DNA of 64,000 bases from Elsinoe ampelina (GCA_010093995.1 ML992516.1:309413-373412), one strand, 5' to 3'; numbered from the stretch's first letter, positions 24,387 through 37,327 are shown. The notes: generated by a model from the letters alone, not told the origin. Program-made: numbers and translations.

Positions 24387-25765
24387 ATGGCCCTCGAACA
24401 CGTGAGTAGACAGCTGCACTAGCTATAGTCCTTTCCCTGACCCAACCAGGTAATCATCGTCGGCGCTGGCCCTGCTGGCTTGGTCATGGCTCTTATGCTA
24501 GGCCAGCAAGGCGTCAATGTTACCCTCCTGGAAGCTGCAGAGCATCTGGACAAGAACCCTCGCGCTTCACATTACTCGGCCCCGGTCACCCACGAGCTTC
24601 GACGAGCCGGCGTCCTCGACGACATCTTGAAGGTTGGCTTCATTCCGAGCGGCGTGTCATGGAGGAAGATTGACGGCACAATGCTTGCAACCCTCAGCAT
24701 GGCAAATGTAGCACAGGAGGACAAGATGGTCTGCTTGCCACTCGACAGGATGACCAAGATTGTCTATGACCACCTCGTCAAGCAGTCCACAGTGAAGATT
24801 CTCTGGAAGCACAAGGTTACAGCTAAGCTCGACCAAGACGATAAGAAGGCCCGCGTGGTGGTAGAGACACCGGAGGGCGAAAAGACCTTTGAGGCAGATT
24901 ACATCGTTGGTACCGATGGGGCCAATAGTCAGATCCGACGAGCTCTGTTCGGCGACTTCAACTTCCCTGGCAAGACGTGGGACGAGCAGATCGTAGCGAC
25001 CAACGTCTACTACGACATGTCACCCTATGACTGGGGTGACTCCTCGTTTGTCATTGATAAGGAGCACTGGGTCATGGTTGCCAAGATCACCAACGATGGC
25101 ATGTACCGCATCACATATGGCGAGAAGCCTGGTCTTTCGTACGATGAGCTCAAGGCGAGACAACCCGAGAAGTTCAAGACTTTCTTGCCCGGTCGCCCCG
25201 ATCCCGACAAGTACAAGATTGTCAACTTTAGCCCCTACAAGGTCCACCAGAGGTGTGCGGAGAGTATGAGGAAAGGACGATTCTTGCTGGCAGCTGACTC
25301 GGCGCATTTGTGCAACCCATTGTGAGTACGACGAAGGAAATGACTCCTTGCAGCATCTGACAAGGTCCCAGCGGCGGCATGGGTCTCACAGGCGGCCTAG
25401 TAGACGCCGGCAACCTCTACGACTGCCTCATCGGCATACACAAGGGTCTCACCGACGACTCTATTCTCGACAAGTACAGCGACGTTCGGAGAAAGGTATA
25501 CCACGACATTATCGACCCTGTTTCGAGCGGCAATATCGTGCGCATGTGGCAAGATCCGGAGACGGTGCTCGAGGAGGACAAGTTCTTGCAAATGTGCCGC
25601 AGCGTGCAGGATGATCCAGAGGCCAGCAAGGCTATGCAGGCTGGTATGAAGGCTGTCATGCATGACTTTACCAAGGACTATACCAATGGGACCGGAGTGC
25701 AGGATGGACCGGAGAAGCTTAATGGTGTGCCTCCTGCTGCGCTGGTTGCTGCTTCGGATGGTTGA
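24387..25765 (+). CDS. FAD-dependent aromatic-ring monooxygenase (PheA/TfdB class A family)
   Basis: MALEH|VIIVGAGPAG (intron 24402-24449), IVGTDGANS, LAADSAHLCNP|FGGMGLTGG (intron 25322-25371). Confidence 0.9.
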
Positions 25766-26316
25766 GAGACTGGTCGATATGCATGTCTGGTGTTTGTAGC
25801 TTGGTAGCGTTGTCAATACAATTATAGTGTAATCACTTCGTCTATCCATGCTGCCAGTCGCGTCACGTCTCCCACTGTGCCCGAGAATGACACTCCGATA
25901 AACCAGACGCGTGTGGAGCACCGACAAAGATTGCACCACATCGGCAAAAACACGGTCAAACATTACCGAGCTTACGGGGGCCTCGTTTGGGCCGGACCAG
26001 CCGTCAAGCCCTAAATGAACCCCGTGTCAGGCCCGTTTTTACCCCATGCGACTCTTCTCTCTCTCTTCCCCAAATCTTCACATTCCCCCACAAACGCGAC
26101 AGGGCGGAGATTTTTGTTTCCCACGCGGCTCTGGGAGCGCCGTCGTCGTTCACCGAACCAGTGGTGCATCTCCTAATTGCCATGATGAGACAAGGCGGAG
26201 CTTGCGGAGCTCCCGTTGTGGTGCGTAGGTGGTATACTTTTCTTTACCCAGAGCGTTTCGTTCCCTCTTGCTAGCTTCACGTCGACCACTCTGTTCCTTG
26301 GTCAATTCATAGCACA

Positions 26317-27966
26317 ATGGCGATCGTTGCGTACACCCCTCTTATCGGCGTCCTGGCCATTGTGTCATGGATTGCGTACAGTGTTGTTCAGTCCAAGCTC
26401 AAGGCGAGAAAGTACAACATGCCCAACAGAGTGCCTGGTGTGCCCATCTTTGGCAACACATTTCAGATTCCTCTTGATACCCCATCACAAGCTGTGTGGG
26501 CGACGGAGAATGCGAAGAAGTATGGCGAGATGTGAGTACCAAGCACAACCTGCAGCTATCACTCCTCTGACATTCTCCAGGTTCACAGTCCAACTCGGCA
26601 CAAAAGACTGGGTCTTCCTCAACTCCTCCCGCGTCGTCAACGAACTCATGGAAAAGCGGGCTTCCAACTACTCCTCCCGCATGGAACAGCCGATGGTACA
26701 AGACATCATTTCGGGCGGCCGCCGTATCGTCATGATGCCCTACAACGAACGCTGGCGAGCTCTCCGCAAGATCATGCACTCGATCCTCAACTCAACCCAC
26801 CTCAACCTCTACGCCGAATACCAAGACCTCGAAACCAAACAACTCCTCTGGGACTACCTCCAAGAACCCGCCACCTGGCACCGCGCCAACCAAGCCTTCA
26901 CCAACAGCGTCATCATGTCCGTCGTGTTCGGCCGCCGGCTCCGCCCCAATGACCCCAACCTCACCCCTCTATTCCGGCAAGCCGAAGCCTTTGTCAAAAA
27001 CATCCAACCCGGCTCCAACCTCGTCGACGGGTACCCGATCCTCGCCCGCCTGCCCGCGGCCCTCCAATGGTGGCGACCCCGCGGCGAGGCCCTCTACCGC
27101 GAATCCGTGCGGGTATACAAATACGAAGTCGACCTCATCCGGAGCAAAATGGCCACCGGCAGCCCCCCGGCCTGCTTCGCCGTCGATTTTCTGAAGAGCG
27201 TCGAGAAGTCCGACATGGACGAAGAGCAGAAATACTTTGCCCTCGGCTCCCTCATGGAAGCGGGCAGCGACACGTCGCGCATGACCATGAGCCAAATCAT
27301 CGCCGCGACGGTGCTCCAGCCCGACTGGGTCGCGCGCGCGAGACAGGCGCTGGACGCAGTGTGCGGTGACGCGGAGCGGCTGCCGACGTTTGACGACAAG
27401 GGCAGGCTGCAAATCATCACGGGGGTGGTCAAGGAGGGGTTGAGGTGGTTCCCTTTCAACCCGATTGGGTTCCCGACAATGTGCACCGCGGACGACGAGT
27501 TCGAGGGGTATAAATGGCCGGCGGGCACGATTTTCACGTGGAATAACCAGTTTTTGTGCAGGACCGGGGACGAGTATGAGGATCCCGAGAGGTTTTGGCC
27601 CGAGAGGTGGTACGGGGAGGATTTGGATAAGGTGTTGAAGGGGCATTGGAGTTTTGGGCCTGGTGAGTTTCGACTTTTTCTTCACTTTTTCCTGTTGCTT
27701 GGAGAGATCGGAGATGCTGATGGTGTGCAGGGCGAAGGGTCTGTGTGGGATATAACGTTGCTCAGACTAATCTTTGGATTGCGATTGCGAGATTGCTGTA
27801 TTGCTTTGACTTTAAGCCTGTCGAGGGACGACCGATTGAGATTGACAAGATTGAGTGGGGTCACTGGGAGCAGCCACATTTTGCGGTTGATATCAGGCCT
27901 AGGAGTGAGAAGCATAGGCAGTTGATTGTGAGGGAGTGTGGTGGGGTGAGTGATGTTGTTTACTAG
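26317..27966 (+). CDS. Cytochrome P450 monooxygenase
   Basis: N-terminal TM anchor; I-helix EAGSDT; KEGLR (ExxR); PERW; heme motif FGPG|RRVCVG across intron 27663-27730; intron 26532-26580. Confidence 0.92.
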
Positions 27967-28355
27967 ATATACAGGGGGAGCAGTCGCATTGGTTGAGGAG
28001 GTAACATCTTGCATTGCATACAAGGAGTTTGGACTGGTCCTCTCTCATACTGAAAGGATCAATCAGCTGTGCCCCTAGCATGGCTCAGTATTCATTCTGT
28101 ATAGAAGGCACATCATCACTGCAAAGGATTTGCTCTCGTTCCTCATCACTCGTGCTTTCGCAATCCCGACTCAAACTGGTCGTGGTCTTTCCTTCCCATT
28201 CACGAAGACCCACGTCCTCCATCTTCTCGGCTCTCCATAGCATCATAGATGACACGTCACAAGATGATCAATCAGAGTAAAGAACAAAGCATCAATTTCT
28301 CATCTCTCATCCCAACTACTCTACATACCATCCCCCCATCATTGCCTATTCACCC

Positions 28356-29984
28356 CTACTCCTCATGCGTCACAATCCCCAACTTCTTTACCAAATTATT
28401 CTTGTGCCAAAACAACCTATACCTCTTACCAAAGACATACAACACCGGCGTAGTCAACATCAACCCCGCCCCGACCGCGCAAAGCACATACAACACCTCA
28501 GCCGGCCCCTTCCTCGCCGCCCAATCATTAATAAAATACGCATACGCGAAAATGATCAAATTCTTAAACGCCATGCCGGCCAGGAAAATCTCATTACTCA
28601 TCTCCCTGTACGCATCGAGCGCGTAATTGGTGCTCGACACAAACACAAACATCAACCCGAAAAGGCCGACGCCGTGCAGGAAAGCGGTCAGGTACAAGCT
28701 CTGGCCGTTCTGCGCCGCAAAGGCCCAGCCGATGAAGCCCGCCAGGGCGATGACGCCGAGGTGGGCGATGAGGAGGCGGTACTCGGGCTCGTAGGTGCCC
28801 CTGTTGCGCTTGGCGCACCACATGACGATGCGGTCGTTGATGGCGGCGGCGACGACGGCGGAGATCAGGCCGCCGATGAAGGGGCCGAGGGAGAGGTAGC
28901 CTACGCCGGACGCGGAGAGGAGGTAGGGTGGGGGCGAGAAGATTTGGGCGAGGAGGTAGGCGACTGTGACGAACAGGGAGAGGTAGTAGCCGCTGAGGAT
29001 TACGACCCAGAGGACGGCGAGGTTGAGGCAGGTCGCGAACGGGCCGAAGCAGAGCATGAAGAAGTTTTCTTTGCTGTAGGTGCCGGTGAAGATGGCGAGG
29101 GATTCGACGTAGGTCTTCTTGCGGATGGAGGAGCCGGAGTTGGAGCCGACGTCTTCGACTTGGACGTTGTCGAGTTTTTCGTTGAGGTTCTCCGGGGCGA
29201 GGTTGTTCTCGTCGAGTTCGTAGGCGCGGTCGCGGTTGAATTGGGTTTCTGGGACGAAGAGGAAGTGGACGATCATGACGATGGAGCCGAAGATGAGGAG
29301 GAGGTGGAAGAGCCATTTCCAGCCCAGGTTGGTGGTGATGGGTCCGCAGATGACGGAGGAGAAGTTGGACACGGCGCCGAGGATGAAGTTGGCCAAAGCT
29401 GAGTAGAGGCCACGCTCGTGGAGGAAGAAGAGGTCACCGACGACTGCCAGAAGGAGTGACTCGTAGGCTGTGCAGGAGAAACCTTGGATGATACGGGCTG
29501 CGAGGAGCTGGTTGTAGTTTGTAGAGGCTGATCCGACTGCTGATCCGATGAGGCCCATGATGCATGATGCGAGAAAGACGGGGCGTTTGCCAAACTTGCG
29601 TGCAACAGCGTTGACAATGGTAGCTGAGCCTGCAACGACAAGAACCTGGTATCCGGATGCCTGAATGACTGCTGGGATAGTCACACCGAGATCCATCGCA
29701 ATGACGACGGTTCCGGCGTTCAGGAGAGGAGGGATGGTTGCTCCGTAGACGCATGAGCCGAATCCGACAATCAACATGACGGACAGCTTTTTGGCATACG
29801 GCCAGTTGAGGGGGTCGTTAGGGTCGTTACTTGGTTGAGGGATGAGGATAATGTTGCCATGCTTGCCAGCAGCGTGCTTGAGGTTGCCGGTAGAATTCTC
29901 GGAGTGAGCGGCTTGATCATCGAGGACGACAGTGCCAGGGACATGCTCGCCCGACGCTGGCTCTAGGATGCCTAGGAAGCCCAT
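28356..29984 (-). CDS. MFS transporter (DHA1/HOL1-like)
   Basis: Intronless 542 aa; PQPSNDPNDPLNWP, ARKFGKRPVFL, EPEYRL motifs; about 12 hydrophobic segments. Confidence 0.9.
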   Translation of the reverse strand: MGFLGILEPASGEHVPGTVVLDDQAAHSENSTGNLKHAAGKHGNIILIPQPSNDPNDPLNWPYAKKLSVMLIVGFGSCVYGATIPPLLNAGTVVIAMDLGVTIPAVIQASGYQVLVVAGSATIVNAVARKFGKRPVFLASCIMGLIGSAVGSASTNYNQLLAARIIQGFSCTAYESLLLAVVGDLFFLHERGLYSALANFILGAVSNFSSVICGPITTNLGWKWLFHLLLIFGSIVMIVHFLFVPETQFNRDRAYELDENNLAPENLNEKLDNVQVEDVGSNSGSSIRKKTYVESLAIFTGTYSKENFFMLCFGPFATCLNLAVLWVVILSGYYLSLFVTVAYLLAQIFSPPPYLLSASGVGYLSLGPFIGGLISAVVAAAINDRIVMWCAKRNRGTYEPEYRLLIAHLGVIALAGFIGWAFAAQNGQSLYLTAFLHGVGLFGLMFVFVSSTNYALDAYREMSNEIFLAGMAFKNLIIFAYAYFINDWAARKGPAEVLYVLCAVGAGLMLTTPVLYVFGKRYRLFWHKNNLVKKLGIVTHEE

Positions 29985-31176
29985 GGCTGTTGACTGTGAT
30001 GATGGACAAATGTAGGTGAGATGATTGAGTGTAAAGACAAGTGATGGCTACGAAAGAAGAAGGTGACTTGAAGACGGTATACCTGATGGAAGTGCAGATC
30101 TTCTATATGCATGTCCAAACCGTATGTAGGCTAGGCTTGCGGGGCTCCTCATTTACCCCATGGCGTTCGAAGTGCAAGACAACGTGTCGGTCTTGTGCAT
30201 GCAGACTCACAGGTGGGACCGGTTTGGATTGGTCTAGCGAGGTGGTCCCCAAATGGAATCGCCGGGACGATTGCGCCTCAGACTCTCAGAGCAGGTCGAC
30301 AGGACTAGCGTGGCCCGTTGACTTAGGGCTTTGCCGAAGTGAGAGTTTGGAAAGACTGTAGAGTCGGAGTACTGTAGACTCGTGATGATCTGCAATGCAT
30401 ATATTGGTCGGTGAATGTCCGTTCCTCGTTTTGATTTCAGGACAGACTGTGCCGTACATGATCAAGGTGATTCTCCCGGTCTCTTGCCTGTAACCATAGC
30501 ACTTGGGGGCTTGCTATCGACCTTCTCATGACCGTCCACAGACGATACAAACCGCATCAAGGGTCTTCTCCTTTTCTCGTCCGCGCGGTTCCTGGTTGGA
30601 GAAAGGATGCGAGACGTTGCCGGGACGAACCAAAAGTCGAGCAATTCCATGATGAGTCCGAGTGTGGACTGCACCATCTGGATCGCGTCTGAATCAGAAG
30701 CGGGCGTTGGGATGGCTTGACACGTGAGGCCAAATGGGCAAACGCTGACTGGGAAAACATGTGGAGATTTCGTTTGCGTTTTTCCCCCAACTTTTCGTGT
30801 TTTTGGTCTCTCCAACCTCGACTCCACACACTCACCACTGTCCAAATGGGTGGCAATGTGGGGTATCGCTTTTTTGCCTGCCTGCTTCACTCTGAGGACA
30901 CTCTTCGTACCATCGACATGTCCGGAGAAACCTCGCCGTGGCCCTAATCTCCAATCTCTAATTCTTCTCCAGGTTCTCACTCTTCTGCATCCACCCGTTC
31001 ATGCGGCTCCCCTTCATGTTGGTGTCGGCGCCACCTTAGGGTCTACTGCCGTACTGCCATGCCTCCGCAAAACCAGTCCCAGCTAGATCCAGGGTCCATG
31101 TAGGTCTATTTCACATCTGTAGAGCTTCTTCCCTTCGCCTTTGCCTCTTGCATTGCACCTCAAACACTCCCCCACC

Positions 31177-32950
31177 ATGTCTGCCACCACCCAAGTCCCC
31201 GTCCGCTACCAAAACACCGAATACCAGGGCCACCACACCCGCATCTTCAAATCCCTCACCACCCCCCTCGAAGCCATCCTCCCCCCCGGCCTCTCCCAAT
31301 CCCAATTCGACGCCGCAGTCGACGACCTCGTCTCCGCCCTCGGTCCGGACTCCGTCTTCGTCGGCGACGCCCTCAAAGACTACGTCGACCCCTACGAGCT
31401 CTGGGAAGCCGAAGGCCGCCGCAAACAGCCCTCGGCAGCCGTGACGCCCCGCTCAGAAGCCCAGCTCCGCACCGTCCTCTCCCTCGCGAAAAAGCACTCC
31501 TTCCCAGTCTGGACCTTCTCCCGCGGCAAGAACCTCGGGTATGGCGGCCCCGCACCCCGAGTCAACGGCAGTGTAGCCCTCGACCTGCACCGCATGGACA
31601 AGATCATCGAGGTGAACTCGGAGTACTCGTACGCCGTCGTCGAGCCGGGCGTCACCTTCACGGATCTGTACAATTACATCGTCAAGCACAAGCTGAACGT
31701 CTGGCCTTCTACCCCTTCACTGGGATGGGGCAGCGTGGTGGGCAACACGGTCGATCGCGGCATCGGCTTCACACCTACAGCGACGCATCATCAGAATATC
31801 GCGGGGATGGAAGTCATGCTCGCCAATGGAGAGCTGGTCAGGACAGGCCAATTCGCCATCGGTGACGGGGCGAGCAAGTCCTCGCATTTGAGCAAGTTCA
31901 CGTTCGGGCCGTCAATCGAGGGACTGTTCCTCCAGAGCAACCTGGCTGTGGTGACGAAGATGGGTATCTGGTTGCATCCGCAGCCTCAGGCTTACATGAG
32001 CGTCATGTTCGACGTGCCCGAGTTTGAGGATATTGAGGCGTTGGTGGATACTTTTGGCAAGTTGAGGCGGGATCAGCTGCTGCCGAACGCTGCATATGTG
32101 AGTAATGTTCTGGAATGGATCAGTATGATGGGGAAGAGGGAAGAATTATGGAAAGGCGAAGGCCCCATACCGGATTGGAGGGTCAAGGAGTTGCAGAAGG
32201 ATCTCGGCGTGGGATACTGGGTGTTGAAGACTGGGTTGTATGGACAGAAGGATGTGGTACAAGCCCATTTTGACGAGCTCAAGAAGATCTGCGCAAAGGA
32301 GTGTCCCAAGGGGCGGCTGCAGGGCGATCTGTTCGAAGGAAAGAATGGCGACTTGCTCGAGGCGACTCAAGTTCCGGAACAGCACGGTGGTTTCTTCTGC
32401 GGCATCCCAACACTCTGGTCGTTGCCCATGGTCGACTACAGGGTCGGCAAGACAAGCGGACTGGGTGCTCACTGCGACCACTCTAGCATCATCCCTTCGA
32501 ACGGTAAGCTGATCTTGGACTGGGTGAAGACGTCGAGGAAGATCTGCGAAAGTCAAGGCTGGGATCTGGCTTGCGATTTTTTCATGCACGAGCGACATGT
32601 CATCCTTGTGACGATGATGTGCTACGACAAGTCTCGAGCAGATCACAAGAAAGCTGTAGACACCATCTTCCACCAATTGTTCCAAGCAGGGAAGAGCAAG
32701 GGGTATAGCAAATACCGGTCGCACATCAACCACATGGGTAAGTTGACTCCCAGAATGCAGAAGACTCTGACTGACCTTTCCAGATCTGGTACAAGATATG
32801 TTCGACTTCAACGACCATGCCTACCGAAGATTCGTCGAGTCGATAAAGGACACCCTCGATCCCAACGGTATCCTCTCTCCAGGAAAGATGGGCATCTGGC
32901 CTCAGAAGTATAGACATCTCCGGGAACTCCCAGCAAAGGCGAACTTGTAG
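31177..32950 (+). CDS. Vanillyl-alcohol oxidase / p-cresol methylhydroxylase family flavoprotein
   Basis: GKNLGYGGPAP, VEPGVTF, GNTVDRGIGFTP, KYRSH, LDPNGILSPGK; intron 32738-32783; ends ...PAKANL*. Confidence 0.9.
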
Positions 32951-33164
32951 AGGACAGTAGGGAGGGGCTTGTACATACCCATTTGCATTTGAGTCGACCG
33001 TCATGATATAGCTTCAGCATAGAAAAGACTTGCATTTTCCACACTCTTTCATGGTCCTTCCTGGGTTGCGATATCAGCCATGTGTGTCGTTACTCAACAG
33101 CAGGTACTACCAGACGGGCTGCCTCCACAGGCCAGTACGCAGTGAGTATGGCGGCCGGTCTTCT

Positions 33165-33254
33165 GTAGAGCTGGTGATACCTCCGTCGAGCTGATAGTAA
33201 GTTTGTCGAGCTGGCGGTAAGTTCGTCGAGCTGGTGTTACGATCGTCGAGCTAG
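33165..33254. repeat. Intergenic minisatellite, 20-bp period, about 4.5 copies
   Basis: GTAGAGCTGGTGATACCTCC GTCGAGCTGATAGTAAGTTT GTCGAGCTGGCGGTAAGTTC GTCGAGCTGGTGTTACGATC GTCGAGCTAG. Confidence 0.85.
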
Positions 33255-33673
33255 AATCACCTCTGCCTCCTTCCGTGCTGCTAGAACATCTTTCGAGCGG
33301 CTAGGATTTTGATAGCCAAATCTCATGACAGCGAATGGACCGGGATGTGATACAGGGAAAGCAGAGGCAGCGAATGATCGAATGTCACAATCTGGGATGT
33401 TCAGGTGAGGCGGTTGTGGAAGTCGCACGTGAAGCGTGAAGGATGTGATAGCACGTGGTTCTTGGCATTCACTGCCACCACTCCTCGCAGCAGAATAATC
33501 GTCAAGGGTCGCTTGATCACTTCACGTCAATGTATTCCAAATACCTTGTTGCTTCTCGTGCTTCTTGCAAGCGGTCATTTCACACAATTATAGACACACG
33601 AGAATTGTAACAAGATCTGTATAAGTCAAGACATACTATTTGATTACGCTGTACCACCAATGGCAGCAGCCTT

Positions 33674-35296
33674 CTAGTAAGTGTAACGGAAGCCCTCCTC
33701 GGAGCCCTCGATGTTGAGCTCGCCGCGATCGGCCTTTGCATTCTGGGCCTTGAAGAAAAGAGTGAGGATACCGACCATGATGAGGACGAGGCCGGAGGCG
33801 ACCATCGTGGCCTATCGAAAAAGTTAGTGGAAGATTCTGATCTAAAAGACTGGAAACCACTTTCCCACAAGCCTGGCAGATACCTGGGTGCGTCTTGCGG
33901 CCTAAATACGAGCGATCCAATAATTCCACCGATACCTCCGAAGCCGACAAGGGATGCGGAGCAGAAGGCGCGCTTCCATTGACCACGGATATTGTTGGCC
34001 TGGTAGGTGAGGATGGCGGGGACGGAGCAATTCTAGCCAGAGTCAGTATGTGTATCTGTGACGAGCAGAGGGTCGCATGACGTACAGCACCGGCGCAGGC
34101 GAGGAAGACACCAAAGTACTTGACGGCGTTGGTTGGTGCATAGCCCATCAGGCAGAGACCAACGACCTGAAGGATAGCGTTGGTGGCGATGACAGGGGCT
34201 CTGAGCTTGTACTTGTCGCCGTACCAACCGCAGAGGTACATCCAGATACCAGCGAAGACGAAAGGAGGAGCGACGAGACACTGAGCCTCGCCGACGGAGA
34301 AGCCCATACCGGCACGGAGAATAATGGGCAAGAAGTAGGCGAGAGCGTAGGAGACGGTGGTCGAGAAGCAGAACATCAAGGCAAAGACCCAGATCTTCCA
34401 GTCAGCACCACCGCGCATGAAGCGGCCAATGGTGAATGGCTCGAGAGCGACATCGCCACGGTCAGCGTCGACCTTGCGGATGATCCAGTCGATCTCGGCC
34501 TTCTTGAGGAAACCCCAAGCCTTCTCGGCTCCATCATCGGGGAAAGAGACAAGGAAGACGTAGGCACCGATACCGATGAGGCAAGTGATAATACCTTCGA
34601 TGATGAAGATCCAGCGCCAGCCAGTCTTGCCAGCAATTCCGTCCATCTGCATGAGTCCGAAGGCAAGGATACCAGCGAAAGCGGACGCGACACATCCGAT
34701 GATGTAGAAGACCGCGTAACGCTTGCCCATCTCGTAACGGGTGTACCATGTCGAGAGCAAGTAGACTGCACCAGGGAAGTAGCCGGCTTCAAAGACACCG
34801 AGAATGACACGGAGACCGGCGAGTTCTGGCCATGTGTTGACGAGACCCATGCCAATCATGACGACACCCCATCCGAAGGCGAGAGCAGAAAGGAAGATCC
34901 TGGGACCAATCTTGCGGGTGAGAATGGTGGCAGGCGGCTGGAAGATGATGTAGGAGACGAAAAAGACCAGGGTGGTGATGGAGTATCCGTTGTTGGCAGC
35001 ATTCATGCGGAGTTCGATGTTCATGCTTTGTGGACTGGTCAGCATACTGTTATGTAGAGATATGGGAGGAGTTCTTACCCAGCCAGAGAAGCAGCGGACA
35101 AGTTGGTACGGTCCATCAAGGACACGCAGTAGACGATACCAGTAGTTAAGACCAATCTCAGATCCAAGCGGCGGGTGATGCGCCTCTGCTCACGGGGGGA
35201 GAACTCGACATAGTCGTGGTTCTTCTCGGAGCCAGAGTCAAAGTTGTGCTCCTGGTGCTGGATAGCACCGATCTGTTGCTTCTCCTCAGTAGCCAT
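33674..35296 (-). CDS. MFS anion:cation symporter (allantoate/nicotinate/phthalate permease family)
   Basis: DRTNLSAASLAG|MN, GWRWIFIIEG, GQWKRAF, FRPQDAPRY, GFRYTY*; introns 35078-35026, 34085-34033 and an apparent GA-AG intron 33864-33812. Confidence 0.9.
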
Positions 35297-37327
35297 GTTG
35301 GTAGGCGTGACAGAGAGAGGGGAAGAGGTTGTAGGAAAGGAAGATAGAAATGACAGTGGGGGAACGACTGGGGACGATCATGGTCAATCCCCCGTACTTA
35401 ACCATCGTTCGCCGCATCTCCGCCAATGCAAAAAGTTGTCGAGATGCCGCGGCTTTCGCGAACGCACCGTCAAGGGCAGGAGTTGGCCAAGCAAAGCAAA
35501 AGTCGAAGTCCTACACCAAGAGACGCCATCAGCTTGGCAGACGAGAGGCTATACCGAATCAAGCGTAGGGTGACACGGTCCCAGCAGCGTCCCCAGACAG
35601 ACGGAGCGGAATCGAGGTGTGAAAATCATGGGGAGTGCGTGGGGAGTGGGCGGGTTGGTCTCGTTGCCAAGTGTCGCCCACCGAAAAGTGGCCAGTCCTT
35701 GACACCACGCGTTCTTTGATGAGAGGATATTCACCTCGGTTGGCGTCGTGCAGATGCAGATGCAGTTCGACGGAGATGCACGACGACGGACGGCCAACGC
35801 GAGATCCTGCCGAGGACAGAGCGGCGTGAGCGATGACCAACAGGGCCCACGCGGTGCAGCGGACAACAGATCTGCGAGTGACAGTGCTCTCTGCCCCAGC
35901 TGTGCTCGAACGATTCTCCAGTCAAATTGTGGACAGGTCCCTTGAAATTTGGTCTCATCTCGAGTCGACAGAGGAGGCGGACCGCTCGGATCGCCGAGAC
36001 TCGAAGACCCAGAAACCGTGCCTCACGTGGGAAATCATGCGCAATCAGGCAGGCCGTTATGGCCAATCGTAGTTCTTGCCGGGCAAAGGATGTTTCCAAT
36101 AGTCTCCCAGAGCATGTATTTCTTTGCCGACATGCGACTTGGGGAGCGAGTGAAACCGACATTGATATGACACAACATGACATCGAAGCATTCGCCAACT
36201 GTCTGAAGACTTGTTTGATCACAACGGCAGCGTGTTTGAAGAGGCTCTCGTGTTCCTTGCCTGCAGAAGCTTGATGTGGATCCGAGAACTTGACACGGAC
36301 TTGACGAGGACAAGGCGGGCTCCTGATTGTCTTGTTTGCTGGGCGGAGCTTCGATCGAAGCATCTCGTCAAGGATGCGGAAGCACACTGCTGATCCGACG
36401 GTCTGGTCTTCTTTTGGTAGGACGCTGTACATTCACACTGTCATCAGAGCCGCGCACTTCCCCGGATCGCGCTGAGACCATCCCATCTTCCCTGACGTAT
36501 TTTGTTGACCTCGTCCGTTGTTCGCTATACCGTACCGGACGTTGCCCAGGACATCCCGCGGCTTGCCAGGGTGGCGCGTCAGGCGGAACGACTGCAAACT
36601 TGTAGAAAGTGCCGAGGGACAATATCTGCGCCCATATGTAATACGACGGTGGAAATGGCAAGGGCTCAATCCGGGGTTGGTGGAATGAAGGTGATCTGGA
36701 TCCGTCTTTCCAAGAAATGCATCTCGGGCTGAACCAGTCTTGATTGGCTTGTCTGTGGCGAACCGCCTGCGTTCAAGGACAATCGAACGGTCCGATGCCT
36801 TCCGATAGACCATCTGCACCCACACAACCGGATCCTGCGGTGCCTGCATGACGGTGGCACGGTTCGCATCGATGTGCAGTGCATGTTGAACTTGCCGAGG
36901 TCGACCTCTGCAGCACTTCTGTGAGTGGTGGTGCATACATGCCTCATCGAGGCCTTACCACTCATGTGATTCCTGATCTCTCCGACCCTCGGCAAGTTGA
37001 TCGATAGACAGAGTGTCTGCATCCCCGCGACCCCAGACAAGATGAACGAGCGGGGAGATTAGGGGACTGGGTATGTTTCTGGGATGAGTGATCGCTCGCG
37101 AGTACCAGGAACATACCGTCGATCCCCACGTGGTCGTCTAGAGTATATTTGACACTGAAAATGGTCGAATGCTGTCTCAGCCAGATCAAATTGTGATAGC
37201 GGCACAGCAGTGTTCAGGAAAACATGGGCAGCAGAAAGATCATCTGACCATGTGAGTCTCATCCAACATATTGCATTCATTTCAAGTCGTAAGTGGGTAT
37301 CCTGACATGTTCCAACACAGACCAATG

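Noticed and set aside
28365..29402. 345-aa plus-strand ORF (similarly 34077-35057, 26969-27685, 5746-6393, 40945-41682)
   Set aside because: Antisense shadows of real genes caused by GC-rich codon bias
33165..33254. CRISPR-like repeat-spacer appearance
   Set aside because: Eukaryotic context, 20-bp period, spacers related to each other and no cas genes
20033..35296. Extending the perylenequinone cluster through the P450 and VAO genes
   Set aside because: None resembles known CTB/elc genes and they are separated from the PKS by unrelated genes; only co-expression data could support it
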